Assembly (NCBI RefSeq): GCF_000012345.1
Contig: NC_007205.1
Location: forward strand, 90,001 to 122,000
Direction: 5' to 3'
Source of the DNA: Candidatus Pelagibacter ubique HTCC1062
GTDB lineage: Bacteria; Pseudomonadota; Alphaproteobacteria; Pelagibacterales; Pelagibacteraceae
Length of the DNA: 32,000 nt
In this document: piece by piece, positions 1 to 11,879 of the stretch
Numbering within the stretch: position 1 is the stretch's first letter
Layout of the letters: every line of letters begins with the position of its first letter
Translations under genes and position numbers: made by a program
Notes under the pieces: model-generated
What the model saw: the letters and a program-made list of their open reading frames with translations, nothing else
What the model was told of the DNA's origin: nothing
Databases searched by the model: none

Positions 1-548
1 ATGTAGCCATAGTTATTTTTGTAAGGAACTGTTTTAACTTTTTCTAATTTTTCATTATAAAAATCTGTTCCAAGATCTTCAGACTCGTTAGCATTATTTA
101 TAAAAATTAATCCAGACATCAGTTTTTCTTTGATATCGCAGTGGGGCTTTAACCAAAAACCCTCCCTATCACAAATAACTTCAACTCTAACATATGAGTT
201 CGATAAATCTCTATCGATCATTTTTGAAATAGTTCCATGAACTTCCTTGGATTGAAGTTCTTTAATAAATTTTACTAAGTTTGGAAATTTTTTTTCATTT
301 TCTTTTGTTACAAAACATCTAAATTTAATTGCCTCACCGCCCGAAGCTATTCCCTCTCTAAACTCTGCAGCACCACCATCAATTGCTCTGGTGCCATCAT
401 AATTAAGATTGTGCTTACTGACATCTGGAATATCAGCTTTAATAATTTCCTCAATGGCCCCGTCAGATAGTGCATTATTATATTCCCAGTGATCAAAAGG
501 AAATTCATGTTTTTTTGCCTGATTTTGAATTGAATTTAAGAATGACAT
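1..548 (-). CDS. Hypothetical protein, possibly 2OG-Fe(II) oxygenase superfamily (partial; C-terminus runs off the window)
   Basis: Not in the ORF track because it has no stop inside the window. My manual translation of the minus strand from ATG (complement of 546-548) is open to position 1: MSFLNSIQNQAKKHEFPFDHWEYNNALSDGAIEEIIKADIPD...GFWLKPHCDIKEKLMSGLIFINNANESEDLGTDFYNEK. The HxD followed by K-hydrophobic-...-G-x-F pattern resembles 2OG oxygenase cores. The start overlaps the upstream gene's stop as TAATG. Confidence 0.45.
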   Translation of the reverse strand, partial: MSFLNSIQNQAKKHEFPFDHWEYNNALSDGAIEEIIKADIPDVSKHNLNYDGTRAIDGGAAEFREGIASGGEAIKFRCFVTKENEKKFPNLVKFIKELQSKEVHGTISKMIDRDLSNSYVRVEVICDREGFWLKPHCDIKEKLMSGLIFINNANESEDLGTDFYNEKLEKVKTVPYKNNYGY

Positions 549-1492
549 TAAGAATTAATTTTTTGTTTAATAATATTTGCTACTCTATTCGTTTCATCCA
601 ATTTTTGATAGTTCCAATTCTCTACTTCTTCACCTAAATTTCTAGTAATATTTAATTCTTTAAATAAATTTCTAAATCTTTGAAATCTTTTGTCATTTTT
701 TTTAGGTGAAATATTAGCTACGTAGATTGGTTTTCCAGTTAAAGCAGCTTCTGATATCATGGAGCTAGAGTCACATGTTACTACAATTTTTTCTGAAATT
801 GCTAAAGCTGATAGATAAGCTTTCTTATCAATAGTTTCAATAACTGTATGATTTTCACCAAAATAATCTTTTACATATTGAATTATATTTTTTGGTGTTC
901 TCATTGAAGGGATCACAACTAGTTGAAAGTTGTTCTGTTTATTTAAGTTGTTTAAATTTTCAAAAATAGCTTTAATATTTTCTCTTGAATATTCATAATA
1001 CTTTGTAGGACCACCCATTATTAAAGCCCAAATTTTTCTTTCATCTTTTTTTATAAATGAATTTAAATAATCTTTATTTTCATTTATTTCACTTTCAGTA
1101 AGGTAATGAATTGCACCTTTTGTACTGATAACATTTTGGCCTTCAATTCCATCATGTTCTGGTGCCACAATGAAATCAAAATTTTTAAAATTAACTTTTG
1201 GATTTTGAATATGAATATTAATAACTCTTTTATTAGAATTCTTTTTTAAATGAATAGATGGAATTACACTTTTTCTTCCACATGAAATGATTACATCAAA
1301 ATCAGAAGATTCTACTTTTTTATAAACATTACTTGAAACTGGTGTTAGCTTTGGGGGAAATAATTTCCAAAAATTATTAAGTTCAATCTTCTCGTGTATA
1401 AAATCTAAATCTAGGGCCTTTGCTAAACCTTCTACTTGGCTGATCATGCCGTGCATACCCTCAGTCAATAATATCCCTTTTAATTTTGTCAT
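548..1492 (-). CDS. ELM1 / DUF1022 family protein (mitochondrial-fission ELM1-like, glycosyltransferase-like fold)
   Basis: 314 aa ORF. Blocks ISCGRKS, IHIQNPK..FDFIVAPEHD, LIMGGPTK, VIPSMRTP and VVTCDSSSMISEAALTGKPIYV match my memory of alphaproteobacterial ELM1-family proteins. Confidence 0.7.
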   Translation of the reverse strand: MTKLKGILLTEGMHGMISQVEGLAKALDLDFIHEKIELNNFWKLFPPKLTPVSSNVYKKVESSDFDVIISCGRKSVIPSIHLKKNSNKRVINIHIQNPKVNFKNFDFIVAPEHDGIEGQNVISTKGAIHYLTESEINENKDYLNSFIKKDERKIWALIMGGPTKYYEYSRENIKAIFENLNNLNKQNNFQLVVIPSMRTPKNIIQYVKDYFGENHTVIETIDKKAYLSALAISEKIVVTCDSSSMISEAALTGKPIYVANISPKKNDKRFQRFRNLFKELNITRNLGEEVENWNYQKLDETNRVANIIKQKINS

Positions 1493-1513
1493 TTATCCTT
1501 ATATAACTTCTGC

Positions 1514-2458
1514 ATGAGTGAAAATCCAATTAAACACACAAAAGTGTTAATAATAGGGTCAGGTCCAGCTGGCTATACAGCCGCTGTATATGCTGCCCGA
1601 GCAATGCTAAATCCTATTCTAGTTTATGGAGTTCAGCCTGGTGGGCAATTAACGACAACAACCGATGTAGAAAATTATCCTGGGTTTTCAGATGTAATTC
1701 AGGGTCCATGGTTAATGGATCAAATGAGAGATCAAGCAAAAGCAGTTGGAACAGATCTAATTGAAGATCATATTTCTTCAGTTAATTTAAAATCTACACC
1801 CTTTGAAGCTATTGGAGATAGTGGACAAAAATATACAGCTGACAGCATAATTATTTCAACTGGTGCTCAAGCAAGATGGTTAAACTTAGAATCAGAACAA
1901 GCTTATAGAGGCTTTGGAGTTTCAGCATGCGCAACATGTGATGGTTTTTTCTTTAAAGAAAAAGTTGTAGCAGTTGTTGGTGGTGGAAACGCTGCAGTTG
2001 AAGAGGCAATGTTTCTTACAAAATTTGCATCAAAAGTAAAATTAATTCATAGAAGAGATACTTTAAGAGCAGAAAAATTACTTCAGAAAAAATTAATGGA
2101 AAATAAAAAAATTGAAATAATTTGGGATAGTGCTGTTGAAGAGGTTATTGGGGATAGCGAACCTAAAAATGTTAAAGCTATTAAGATTAAAAATTTAAAA
2201 ACTAATAAAATTGAAGAAATGAAAATAGATGGCTTATTTATTGCAATTGGTCACGACCCAGCAACAGCTTTATTTAAAGAACAGTTAGAAATGGATAAAG
2301 AAGGTTATTTATTGACCAAACCAGATTCAACAGAGACGAATATCCCTGGAGTTTATGCTGCGGGTGATGTTAAAGACAAAACGTTTAGACAAGCAGTTAC
2401 AGCTGCTGGAATGGGTTGTATGGCTGCGCTTGAAGCTGAAAAATTTTTATCTCACTGA
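1514..2458 (+). CDS. trxB: Thioredoxin-disulfide reductase
   Basis: 314 aa. FAD motif GSGPAGYTAA, redox-active CATCDG, NADPH motif GGGNAAVEEA, C-terminal GDV..K..RQAVTAAGMGCMAA. Confidence 0.95.
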   Translation: MSENPIKHTKVLIIGSGPAGYTAAVYAARAMLNPILVYGVQPGGQLTTTTDVENYPGFSDVIQGPWLMDQMRDQAKAVGTDLIEDHISSVNLKSTPFEAIGDSGQKYTADSIIISTGAQARWLNLESEQAYRGFGVSACATCDGFFFKEKVVAVVGGGNAAVEEAMFLTKFASKVKLIHRRDTLRAEKLLQKKLMENKKIEIIWDSAVEEVIGDSEPKNVKAIKIKNLKTNKIEEMKIDGLFIAIGHDPATALFKEQLEMDKEGYLLTKPDSTETNIPGVYAAGDVKDKTFRQAVTAAGMGCMAALEAEKFLSH

Positions 2459-2499
2459 TAAGAACCATTAAAACTTAATACAAACTAAAGGGAAACAAA

Positions 2500-3519
2500 A
2501 TGACTGACAAAGTACTACTAACTGGAATAAGTGGCTGGATAGCAAAACATATAGCAATTGAATTATTAAATTCTGGATATGAAGTTTTAGGAACTGTTAG
2601 AAGTCAAAATTCATTAGATGAAACAAAGAAAACTCTAAGTGAATATATTTCAACAGATAAATTATCATTTGTTGAATTGGACCTATTAAAAGATGATGGT
2701 TGGGTTGAGGCTGCTAAAGATTGTAAATATATTATACATACTGCTTCTCCCTACCCTATGAAAAGTTCAAGAAATAGAGAAGCTTTAGTTCCAGCTGCTA
2801 AAGGTGGGGCGTTAAGAGTTTTAAATGCTGGTATAGAAGCTAATGTTGAAAAAATAATTCTTACTTCGTCAATAGTAGCAATGTTTAAAAAACCTAACAG
2901 AACAAACCCATATACTTTTGGGGAAAGTGATTGGACAGATACTGATTGGAGTGGGTCGAATGACTACACTATATCAAAGGCAAAAGCTGAACAAGCTGCA
3001 TGGGAATTAATGGAAAGCAAAGGATTAAAAGATAAATTAACTGTAATTAATCCAGGAGGAGTTTTTGGTGATGCTTTAGATAAAAAAACAAACACTTCAA
3101 CTAGCTATGTTGAACTTTTCCTTAAAGGAAAATATCCTATGGCGCCAAATTTTGGAATATTAATTTCTGATGTAAAAGATGTAGCAAGAGCTCATGTTTT
3201 ATCTATAAAAAATCCCAAGGTTAATGGAAGACGATTGATTATTGGTTCAGAAGTAAAAAAAATGCTCGAAGTTTCTAAAATTATGGCTGAAGCATTTCCA
3301 AAGTATGCAAAAAAACTTCCAAAAAAAGAAATGCCAAATTTCGTGGTTAAATTGATCAGTTACTTAGATTCTTCTGTAAAGATTATGTTGCCTGATCTTG
3401 GAATTTTAATGCAGACAGACACTTCATATTCTGAAGATTTATTGGGTATGAAATTTAAACCTGCAAAAGAAAGTATTGTAGATGCTGGGAACTCAGTAAT
3501 TAGACTTGGGTTAGTCTAA
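2500..3519 (+). CDS. NAD-dependent epimerase/dehydratase family protein (extended SDR, aldehyde/dihydroflavonol reductase-like)
   Basis: 339 aa. N-terminal Rossmann motif TGISGWIAKHIA and catalytic YxxxK (YTISK). Specific substrate is not inferable. Confidence 0.7.
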   Translation: MTDKVLLTGISGWIAKHIAIELLNSGYEVLGTVRSQNSLDETKKTLSEYISTDKLSFVELDLLKDDGWVEAAKDCKYIIHTASPYPMKSSRNREALVPAAKGGALRVLNAGIEANVEKIILTSSIVAMFKKPNRTNPYTFGESDWTDTDWSGSNDYTISKAKAEQAAWELMESKGLKDKLTVINPGGVFGDALDKKTNTSTSYVELFLKGKYPMAPNFGILISDVKDVARAHVLSIKNPKVNGRRLIIGSEVKKMLEVSKIMAEAFPKYAKKLPKKEMPNFVVKLISYLDSSVKIMLPDLGILMQTDTSYSEDLLGMKFKPAKESIVDAGNSVIRLGLV

Positions 3520-3959
3520 AGACCCTTCCAATATATATTTCAATATACGAAAGGCTTGTTTTTGATCTGATGCAACAGCAGCAGCTGAACCATCCACTTC
3601 TTTAAGAGCATGTTGATGATCGTCGTTATGAATAACAATCATAGATTTATTAAGTGCAGTAGCATAACCTGCATCAAAAGCTGCATTCCATTGCTTAAAT
3701 TTTTCACCAAACTTAACAATAATTACATCACAATCTTGAATAGATTTTTTGGTTCGAATGGAGTTAATATTAGCGCCTTTTCTATCTTTCCAAAAATTTT
3801 TTTCTTCAGCTCCTAAGATTTCAACACCACAATTATCAGATGCCTCATGATCGGTGACGGGAAATGTAAATTTAATATCTAATTTCTCTTTTTCACAAAG
3901 TTGAGTAATTTCTTCTCGCCAATTACTATGAATTTCACCTGCTAAATATACGTTTAACA

Positions 3960-3960
<1 letters not shown>
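3511..3960 (-). CDS. YtoQ family protein (nucleoside 2-deoxyribosyltransferase-like fold)
   Basis: 149 aa starting MLNVYLAGEIHSNWREEI..., with FWKDRKGANINSIRT and NAAFDAGYA blocks typical of YtoQ. The start overlaps the aspartate aminotransferase stop as TAATG. Confidence 0.65.
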
Positions 3961-5171
<1,211 letters not shown>

Positions 5172-5194
5172 TTATTCTAATAGTTTTATAGATA

Positions 5195-7366
5195 ATGCAA
5201 AATACTTATCAAGATTTAATTACTGAAATCCAAAGTAAAAACCCAGAAATTCACCAGAAACTAGAAGGTGGACAAAAGTTTAAACTTGTAACAGATTTTA
5301 AACCCGCAGGTGATCAACCTGAGGCAATTAAACAATTAGTTAAGGGTGCAAATAAAGATGAGTTAAGCCAAGTTTTACTTGGTGTAACAGGTTCGGGTAA
5401 AACTTTTACAATGGCTCAAGTTATTGAACGAACTAATCGACCTGCTCTTATACTTGCTCCCAATAAAACATTAGCGGCTCAACTTTATGGAGAGATGAAA
5501 TCATTTTTCCCAGAAAATGCTGTTGAATATTTTGTCTCTTACTATGATTACTACACACCAGAAGCATACGTTCCAAGATCTGATACCTATATTGAAAAAG
5601 AAGCATCTATTAATGAACAAATAGATCGAATGCGTCACTCAGCAACAAGGTCGCTACTAGAGAGAGATGATGTGATTATTGTATCCAGTGTTTCTTGTAT
5701 TTATGGACTGGGTTCAGTTGAAGCTTACAGTAAAATGACTTTAAGTTTAAAGAAGGATTATGACTATAATAGAGAACAGTTAATAAAAACCTTAGTACAC
5801 CTACAATATAAAAGAAATGATCAAAGTTTTTATAGAGGTACCTTTAGAGCACGAGGTGAATACATTGAAATATTCCCCTCACACCTTGAAGATAGAGCAT
5901 GGAGATTAAGTTTATTTGGAGACAAATTAGAAAAGATTGAAGAATTTGATCCTTTAACAGGAGATCTATTAAAAGATTTAGATGTTATAAAAGTTTATGC
6001 GAATAGTCACTACATCACTCCAAAACCTACTATCGAACAAGCAGTAATAAAAATTAAAAGAGAGCTTGAGGTTACTCTTAAGAAATTTAAAGAACAAAAT
6101 AAACTTCTTGAGGCTCAACGATTAGAAGAGAGAACAAAATTTGATTTAGAGATGATTGAGGCTACTGGTTCTTGTGCTGGTATTGAAAACTATTCTAGAT
6201 TTTTATCAGGACGAAAACCTGGAGAGCCACCTCCTACTCTATTTGAATATTTTCCAGACAACACACTTATATTTGTAGATGAATGTCACGTTACTGTTCC
6301 ACAATTAAATGGAATGTACAAAGGGGACAGATCAAGGAAAAGTAATCTTGCAGAATATGGTTTTAGACTACCCTCTTGTATGGATAACAGGCCACTTAAA
6401 TTTGAAGAGTGGGACGCAATGAGAACGCAGACAGTTTTTGTATCAGCAACACCTGGTCCATGGGAGTTAGAACAGACTAAAGGTAAGTTCGTTGAACAAA
6501 TAATAAGGCCTACTGGCTTAATTGATCCACCAGTTGAAATCAAACCAGCTAAAAACCAAGTCGATGACGTAATGCATGAGTGTAAGAAAACAATCGATAA
6601 AAATTTTAGAGTATTGATTACAACTTTAACTAAAAAAATGGCTGAAGACTTAACTGAATATTTTCACGAAAATGGTATTAGAGTTAGATATTTGCATTCT
6701 GACATTGATACACTTGAGAGAATAGAAATTATGAGAGATCTAAGACTAGGAGTTTTCGACGTCTTGGTTGGTATAAATCTTTTAAGAGAGGGGCTTGATA
6801 TACCTGAGTGTGCATTAGTTGCAATTCTAGACGCTGATAAAGAGGGATTTCTAAGATCTGAAACATCACTAATCCAAACCATAGGAAGAGCAGCAAGAAA
6901 TTTAGATGGTAGAGTCATTCTTTATGCTGACAAAGAAACTAAAAGTATAAAAAAAGCAATTCAAGAAACTGATAGAAGAAGAACAATTCAGGTAGCCTAT
7001 AACAAAAAACATAACATTGATGCAACCTCAATTAAAAAAGAAATTAGCGATGTTTTAGAAAGTGTTTATGAAAAAGACTACCTAAAAGTTGGAACAGGTG
7101 ACAATATTGGTGGCAATTTAAAGAAACATTTAAAACAATTAAATAAAAGAATGAAAGATGCTGCAACAAACCTTGAATTTGAAGAAGCTGCAAAAATTAG
7201 AGATGAAATAAGAAACCTTGAAGCGTCAGAGTTAGAAATTGTATTAAATCCAAAAGTAAAACACTATAATCAAGAAAATAGAGTGTATCCAAAAGGTAGA
7301 TCAAAGATGGGCTTACCTGGTACAAGAGCACAAAAAGGTAAGAAAAAATGGAAGCAAACAAAATAA
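5195..7366 (+). CDS. uvrB: Excinuclease ABC subunit B
   Basis: 723 aa. Walker [13 protein letters not shown] box (FVDECHVT), helicase motifs, C-terminal UVR domain ([16 protein letters not shown]) followed by a basic tail. Confidence 0.97.
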   Translation: MQNTYQDLITEIQSKNPEIHQKLEGGQKFKLVTDFKPAGDQPEAIKQLVKGANKDELSQVLLGVTGSGKTFTMAQVIERTNRPALILAPNKTLAAQLYGEMKSFFPENAVEYFVSYYDYYTPEAYVPRSDTYIEKEASINEQIDRMRHSATRSLLERDDVIIVSSVSCIYGLGSVEAYSKMTLSLKKDYDYNREQLIKTLVHLQYKRNDQSFYRGTFRARGEYIEIFPSHLEDRAWRLSLFGDKLEKIEEFDPLTGDLLKDLDVIKVYANSHYITPKPTIEQAVIKIKRELEVTLKKFKEQNKLLEAQRLEERTKFDLEMIEATGSCAGIENYSRFLSGRKPGEPPPTLFEYFPDNTLIFVDECHVTVPQLNGMYKGDRSRKSNLAEYGFRLPSCMDNRPLKFEEWDAMRTQTVFVSATPGPWELEQTKGKFVEQIIRPTGLIDPPVEIKPAKNQVDDVMHECKKTIDKNFRVLITTLTKKMAEDLTEYFHENGIRVRYLHSDIDTLERIEIMRDLRLGVFDVLVGINLLREGLDIPECALVAILDADKEGFLRSETSLIQTIGRAARNLDGRVILYADKETKSIKKAIQETDRRRTIQVAYNKKHNIDATSIKKEISDVLESVYEKDYLKVGTGDNIGGNLKKHLKQLNKRMKDAATNLEFEEAAKIRDEIRNLEASELEIVLNPKVKHYNQENRVYPKGRSKMGLPGTRAQKGKKKWKQTK

Positions 7367-8100
7367 TTATCACAGGAGCCGCAACAAGAATGGGCGCTGC
7401 TATTGCAAAGAAACTCTCAGGTCCAGGAGTTGAAATGGTTATTCATTACAATAGCTCTAAATCTGAAGCTGAAAAATTACAAAAAGAATTATCAAAAAAT
7501 AAAACAAAAGTTTACTTGGTAAAAGGTAATCTTGCAAAAGAACAAGATTTAAAAAAAATTATAAAATTCTCAAAGTTAAAATTAAAATATTTTGATTGTT
7601 TAATTAATAATGCTTCATTATTTGAAAATGATAGTCTTAAAAATTTTTCTTCTAAAAGCTGGAACCAACATATTGATGTAAATTTAAAAGCACCCGCATA
7701 TCTTACAAAAGAATTTTCAAAAAACGTTAAGGGTAAAAATAACAATATTATAAATATAATTGATCAAAGAGTTTTTAAGTTAACTCCCTTTTTCTTTTCT
7801 TATACTTTAAGTAAAACAGGGCTTTATACTCTAACAAAAACTAGCGCCATGGAATTAGCTCCAAATATAAGAGTTAATGGAATAGCTCCTGGTCCTACTA
7901 TTAAAAATAAAAGACAAACTGACATGCATTTTAAAAAGCAGTACTTGGCAACTCCTTTAAAACAGCAGGTAAATGTACAGGATATATGTTCTGCTGTTGA
8001 CTTTTTTATCAAAAACAGTTCAATTACAGGTCAAGTAATAGCAATAGATAGTGGACAAAGTTTAAACTGGCAAACACCAGATGTAATCGGAAAAGAATGA
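7348..8100 (+). CDS. Short-chain dehydrogenase/reductase, pteridine-reductase-like (function inferred partly from folB adjacency)
   Basis: 250 aa. [12 protein letters not shown] cofactor motif, NNAS, catalytic YTLSK (YxxxK). Overlaps the uvrB 3' end by 19 nt and the folB start by ATGA. Confidence 0.6.
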   Translation: MEANKIIITGAATRMGAAIAKKLSGPGVEMVIHYNSSKSEAEKLQKELSKNKTKVYLVKGNLAKEQDLKKIIKFSKLKLKYFDCLINNASLFENDSLKNFSSKSWNQHIDVNLKAPAYLTKEFSKNVKGKNNNIINIIDQRVFKLTPFFFSYTLSKTGLYTLTKTSAMELAPNIRVNGIAPGPTIKNKRQTDMHFKKQYLATPLKQQVNVQDICSAVDFFIKNSSITGQVIAIDSGQSLNWQTPDVIGKE

Positions 8101-8522
8101 AAAAAACTAATTTAAATATTATTAAAATAGATAAAAATAAAAGTTTATTTAATTACGAAAAAAAAATTCTTATTAAAGAGTTAACTCTAGATTTAAAGCT
8201 TGGTTATTATGATTTTGAAAAAGAAAAAACTCAAAAAGTAAAATTTAGCTTAGAGATTGATTATGAAGATAGAAAACCAACAAATGACAAAGATATTAAA
8301 TCAATTGTTAATTATGGTCAGGTTGTGAAATTAATTACAAAACTTGCAAAAAATAAACATTATAATTTTTTAGAAACACTTGCTGAAGATGTTTTTGATG
8401 TATTATTTAAAGACAAACGAATTGGAAAAATTATGCTTCAGATTGAAAAATTAGAAATTATAAAAGAGTGTGCCTCTGTTGGTATCCAAATTACCAAAAA
8501 AAGAAGTCATGAAGAGCTCTGA
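8097..8522 (+). CDS. folB: Dihydroneopterin aldolase
   Basis: 141 aa. The core [28 protein letters not shown]...VNYGQV resembles the FolB fold signature. There is an N-terminal extension of about 25 aa if the ATG at 8097 is used. Confidence 0.7.
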
Positions 8523-10344
8523 ATTAGGTAAAGACGTAATTAGAAAAGAGCTCCCATTAATTCCTAAAAGCCCTGGAGTTTATCGAATGCTTGATCATAA
8601 AGATGTGATTTTGTATGTAGGTAAAGCAAAAAACCTACCCAATAGATTAAAAAGTTATGTAGCTGAAAAAAACCACATTATTAGAACAGCAAGAATGCTC
8701 TCTCAAACTTTTAAGCTAGAGATAACAACTACTGCCAATGAAAGTGAAGCTCTACTTTTAGAGGCTAATTTAATAAAAAAACATAAACCTAAATTCAATA
8801 TATTGCTCAAGGATGACAAATCTTTTCCCTTTGTTTTCATCAGCAATAAAGACCAATGGGCACAAGTTACAAAACATAGAGGCAAAAAGGATAAAGAAGG
8901 ATTTTACTTTGGACCGTTTGCTTCAGCAGGAACTGCAAATTGGACTATTAAGATGCTTCAAAAAATATTTCAAATTCGAGTTTGTGATGATAGCACGTTC
9001 AAGAATAGAAAAAGACCCTGCATTCTTTATCAGATAAAAAGATGTTCTGGTCCTTGTGTCGATTATATTGATAAAGAAGATTATAAAAAATCAGTAGATC
9101 AAGCAATTCAGTTTGTATCGGGTAAATCAAGAGATATACAAAAAAATCTATCTAAACAAATGGAGGAAGCTAGTGAAAAGCTAGATTTTGAAAGAGCTTC
9201 TATTTTTAGAGATAGAATTAAATCTTTAAATATAATTCAATCTTCACAAAGAATTAATGAAGCAAATTTAATTGATGCAGATGTAATTGCTGCATACAAA
9301 GAATCTGGTAAAACGTGTATTCAAGTATTTTTTTATAGGTCTAAACAAAATTGGGGCAACCAAGCTTATTTTCCAAAACATGATCCTGATCAAAGCTTAT
9401 CTGAAATAATGTCTTCGTTCTTGATGCAGTTTTATGAAAATAAAAATGTTCCAAAATTAATAATCATTAATACAGAAATAGAAGACAAAAAATTAATTGA
9501 AGAAACTTTAAGCAAAAAAGAAAATAGTGCGATTTCTATTAATGTAGCAAAAAAAGGCACTAAAGCTAAAGTAATTGCTATGGCAGAAAAAAATGCCAAA
9601 GAGTCACTTAATAGAAAAATTTATGAAACAAATAATAATAAAAATTTATTTGAGGGTGTTGCTAAAAAATTTGATCTTAAAAATGGCCTAAACTTAGTTG
9701 AGGTTTATGATAATAGTCACATCTCAGGAACAAATAGTGTGGGTGCTATGATTACTTTTGGAAATGAAGGATTTGTTAAAAAAAGATATAGAAAATTTGA
9801 TATTAAGACAAAAGGTAATGAACAAGACGATTTTGCAATGTTAAAAGAAGTACTTACGAGAAGATTTAAAAGAGCAATGTTAGAAAAAGGAAATTATTTA
9901 ACTCTTCCTGATTTAATTTTAATTGATGGTGGTAAAGGTCAATATTCATCTGCCAAAGAAGTGTTAGATGAATTTGGTTTACATGATCTTCCTATGATAG
10001 CCATTGCTAAAGGTAAACTAAGAAATAGTGGAGATGAAACTTTTTTTTACAAAGGAAAATCATTTAAATTTGATAAGAATGACCCCACTCTATTTTTTAT
10101 GCAGAGACTACGTGATGAAGCACATAGATTTGCTATCACCTCTCATAGAGCAAAAAGAGCAAAAGGAATTACAAAATCCTTGCTGGATCAAATTGATGGT
10201 ATTGGATCGATTAGAAAAAGAGCACTATTGAACCATTTTGGCTCTGCTAGAGCAGTAGAATCTGCAAGTTTTGATGAAATTAAATCAGTTGAAGGTGTTG
10301 AGGAAAAAGTTGCAAAAAAGATATATAACTTTTTTCACGAATAA
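8509..10344 (+). CDS. uvrC: Excinuclease ABC subunit C
   Basis: GIY-YIG N-terminus (PGVYRM...[16 protein letters not shown]), UVR domain, endonuclease V-like domain and C-terminal (HhH)2. The ORF track begins at GTG 8470. I prefer ATG 8509 (MKSSELGKD...), which gives an N-terminal length typical for UvrC and overlaps folB by 14 nt. Confidence 0.93.
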
Positions 10345-10346
10345 TT

Positions 10347-10931
10347 ATGCTTAAAAAAATTCCAAATATTTTAACAATAGGTAGGATAATAATTGTACCT
10401 TTTTTTGTTCTAGCATTTTATTTACCTGGTTTTTATGGTGATTTAACTGCATGCGTATTGTTTGTAATTGCTTCATTTACTGATTTTTTGGATGGAATGT
10501 TGGCGAGAATGATGGGTGAAGAGTCTAAGTTGGGTGAATTACTTGATCCTATAGCAGACAAAATTATTGTTGCTACTGCACTTATATTGCTTGTCATGAG
10601 TGGAACAATTAAACATTACGAGGTTATTGCAGCAATTATAATACTTACACGAGAAATACTAATTTCAGGCTTAAGAGAGTTTTTAGCTAGAGGACAAATT
10701 AAATTACCAGTAACTAACTTAGCAAAATTAAAAACTTTTTTACAAATGGTTGCTATAGCTCTTTTACTAACTGGTGAAACTGGTAATAAAATTTTAAATT
10801 TTCAAGATTATAATGCTCAAACTATTGGCATAATCCTGCTTTGGCTTTCTGCATTTTTAACTTTGTATACTGGTTATGAATATTTAAGAAAAGGCATTGA
10901 CCATGCAATATCTGAAGATAACAAAAACTAA
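10347..10931 (+). CDS. pgsA: CDP-diacylglycerol--glycerol-3-phosphate 3-phosphatidyltransferase
   Basis: 194 aa multi-pass membrane protein with the CDP-alcohol phosphatidyltransferase motif DFLDGMLAR...G..LDPIADK. The uvrC-pgsA adjacency is conserved in many proteobacteria. Confidence 0.9.
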   Translation: MLKKIPNILTIGRIIIVPFFVLAFYLPGFYGDLTACVLFVIASFTDFLDGMLARMMGEESKLGELLDPIADKIIVATALILLVMSGTIKHYEVIAAIIILTREILISGLREFLARGQIKLPVTNLAKLKTFLQMVAIALLLTGETGNKILNFQDYNAQTIGIILLWLSAFLTLYTGYEYLRKGIDHAISEDNKN

Positions 10932-11809
10932 GCTGCTTTTCTTTTTCTAACTAATGCTTGGTAACTTTCATTTAAGTCAATTATAGTTTCGCAAACTTTA
11001 AACTTATTTTCAGCAATACATGAAACTGGCGTAACCTCTGCTGCCGTACCTGTTAAAAAACAGCCTACAAAATTTGATAATTCAGCTGGTGCAATTTTTC
11101 GTTCATTGACTTTTATTCCTTTAGATTTTGCAATTTCAATTACCGTTCTTCTTGTAATGCCGTCTAAAAAAGAATCTGGAATGGGTGTGTGAATTTCTCC
11201 ATTTTTATCTTTAAAAAAAATGTTAGCACCTGTTGCTTCTGCAACATTTCCTTCATGATCAAGCATTAGAGAATCTGTATAGCCTTGTTGTTCAGCTTCA
11301 TGTTTTGATAAAGTACAAATCATATATAATCCAGAAGCTTTCGTATCCCAAGGTATCGTATTTGGCGCAGGTCTTCTCCAATTTGATATATTCAATTTAA
11401 TACCTTCTATTTTTAGTTTTGGATCAAAATATGAACCCCACTCCCAAGTTGCTATGGCAACATGAATTTTTGTTTGTTGAGCAGATATAGCCATCATCTC
11501 GCTACCTCTCCATATTGTTGGTCTAACATATCCATCTTTGACACCCTGAACTGAAATTATTTTTTTTGATGCTAAATTTATTTCTTCTTCAGTATAAGGA
11601 ATTTTAATACCCATTCTTTTTGCAGAATAAAAAAGTCTAGATGTGTGTTCTTCTAATTTGAAAATTGAATTATCATAGACTCTTTCACCTTCAAAAACAC
11701 AACTAGCATAGTGAAGGCCATGATTTAAAACATGAATTTTAGCATCAGCCCAATCAACGAGCTCGCCATTAAACCAAATTTTACCTGATCTTTTATCGTA
11801 TGGTATCAT
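10928..11809 (-). CDS. ilvE: Branched-chain amino acid aminotransferase (class IV PLP enzyme)
   Basis: 293 aa. HYASCVFEGER, YVRP, the EATGANIF block and GITR are typical of IlvE. Confidence 0.9.
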   Translation of the reverse strand: MIPYDKRSGKIWFNGELVDWADAKIHVLNHGLHYASCVFEGERVYDNSIFKLEEHTSRLFYSAKRMGIKIPYTEEEINLASKKIISVQGVKDGYVRPTIWRGSEMMAISAQQTKIHVAIATWEWGSYFDPKLKIEGIKLNISNWRRPAPNTIPWDTKASGLYMICTLSKHEAEQQGYTDSLMLDHEGNVAEATGANIFFKDKNGEIHTPIPDSFLDGITRRTVIEIAKSKGIKVNERKIAPAELSNFVGCFLTGTAAEVTPVSCIAENKFKVCETIIDLNESYQALVRKRKAA

Positions 11810-11828
11810 GAATGAAATAATTTAAATT

Positions 11829-11857
11829 TTATCTAAAATTATCTTTGTATCTATAAT
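11829..11857 (+). promoter_or_regulatory. Candidate operator/promoter in the ilvE-marR divergent spacer: TTATCT direct repeats plus a TATAAT hexamer
   Basis: TTATCT at 11829-11834 and 11839-11844 (10 bp register), GTATCT at 11847-11852, and a consensus -10 TATAAT at 11852-11857, 23 nt before the marR ATG. AT-rich background makes a chance occurrence likely. Confidence 0.2.
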
Positions 11858-11879
11858 ATGTCAATATAACTTACCCATA

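Noticed and set aside
7237-7366. Basic C-terminal tail of about 45 aa on UvrB after the UVR domain (…[23 protein letters not shown]), overlapping the next gene
   Set aside because: I recall similar short basic tails with a G-x-PGT-R motif on other alphaproteobacterial UvrB proteins. It is probably lineage-typical rather than novel, and I cannot verify this without alignments.
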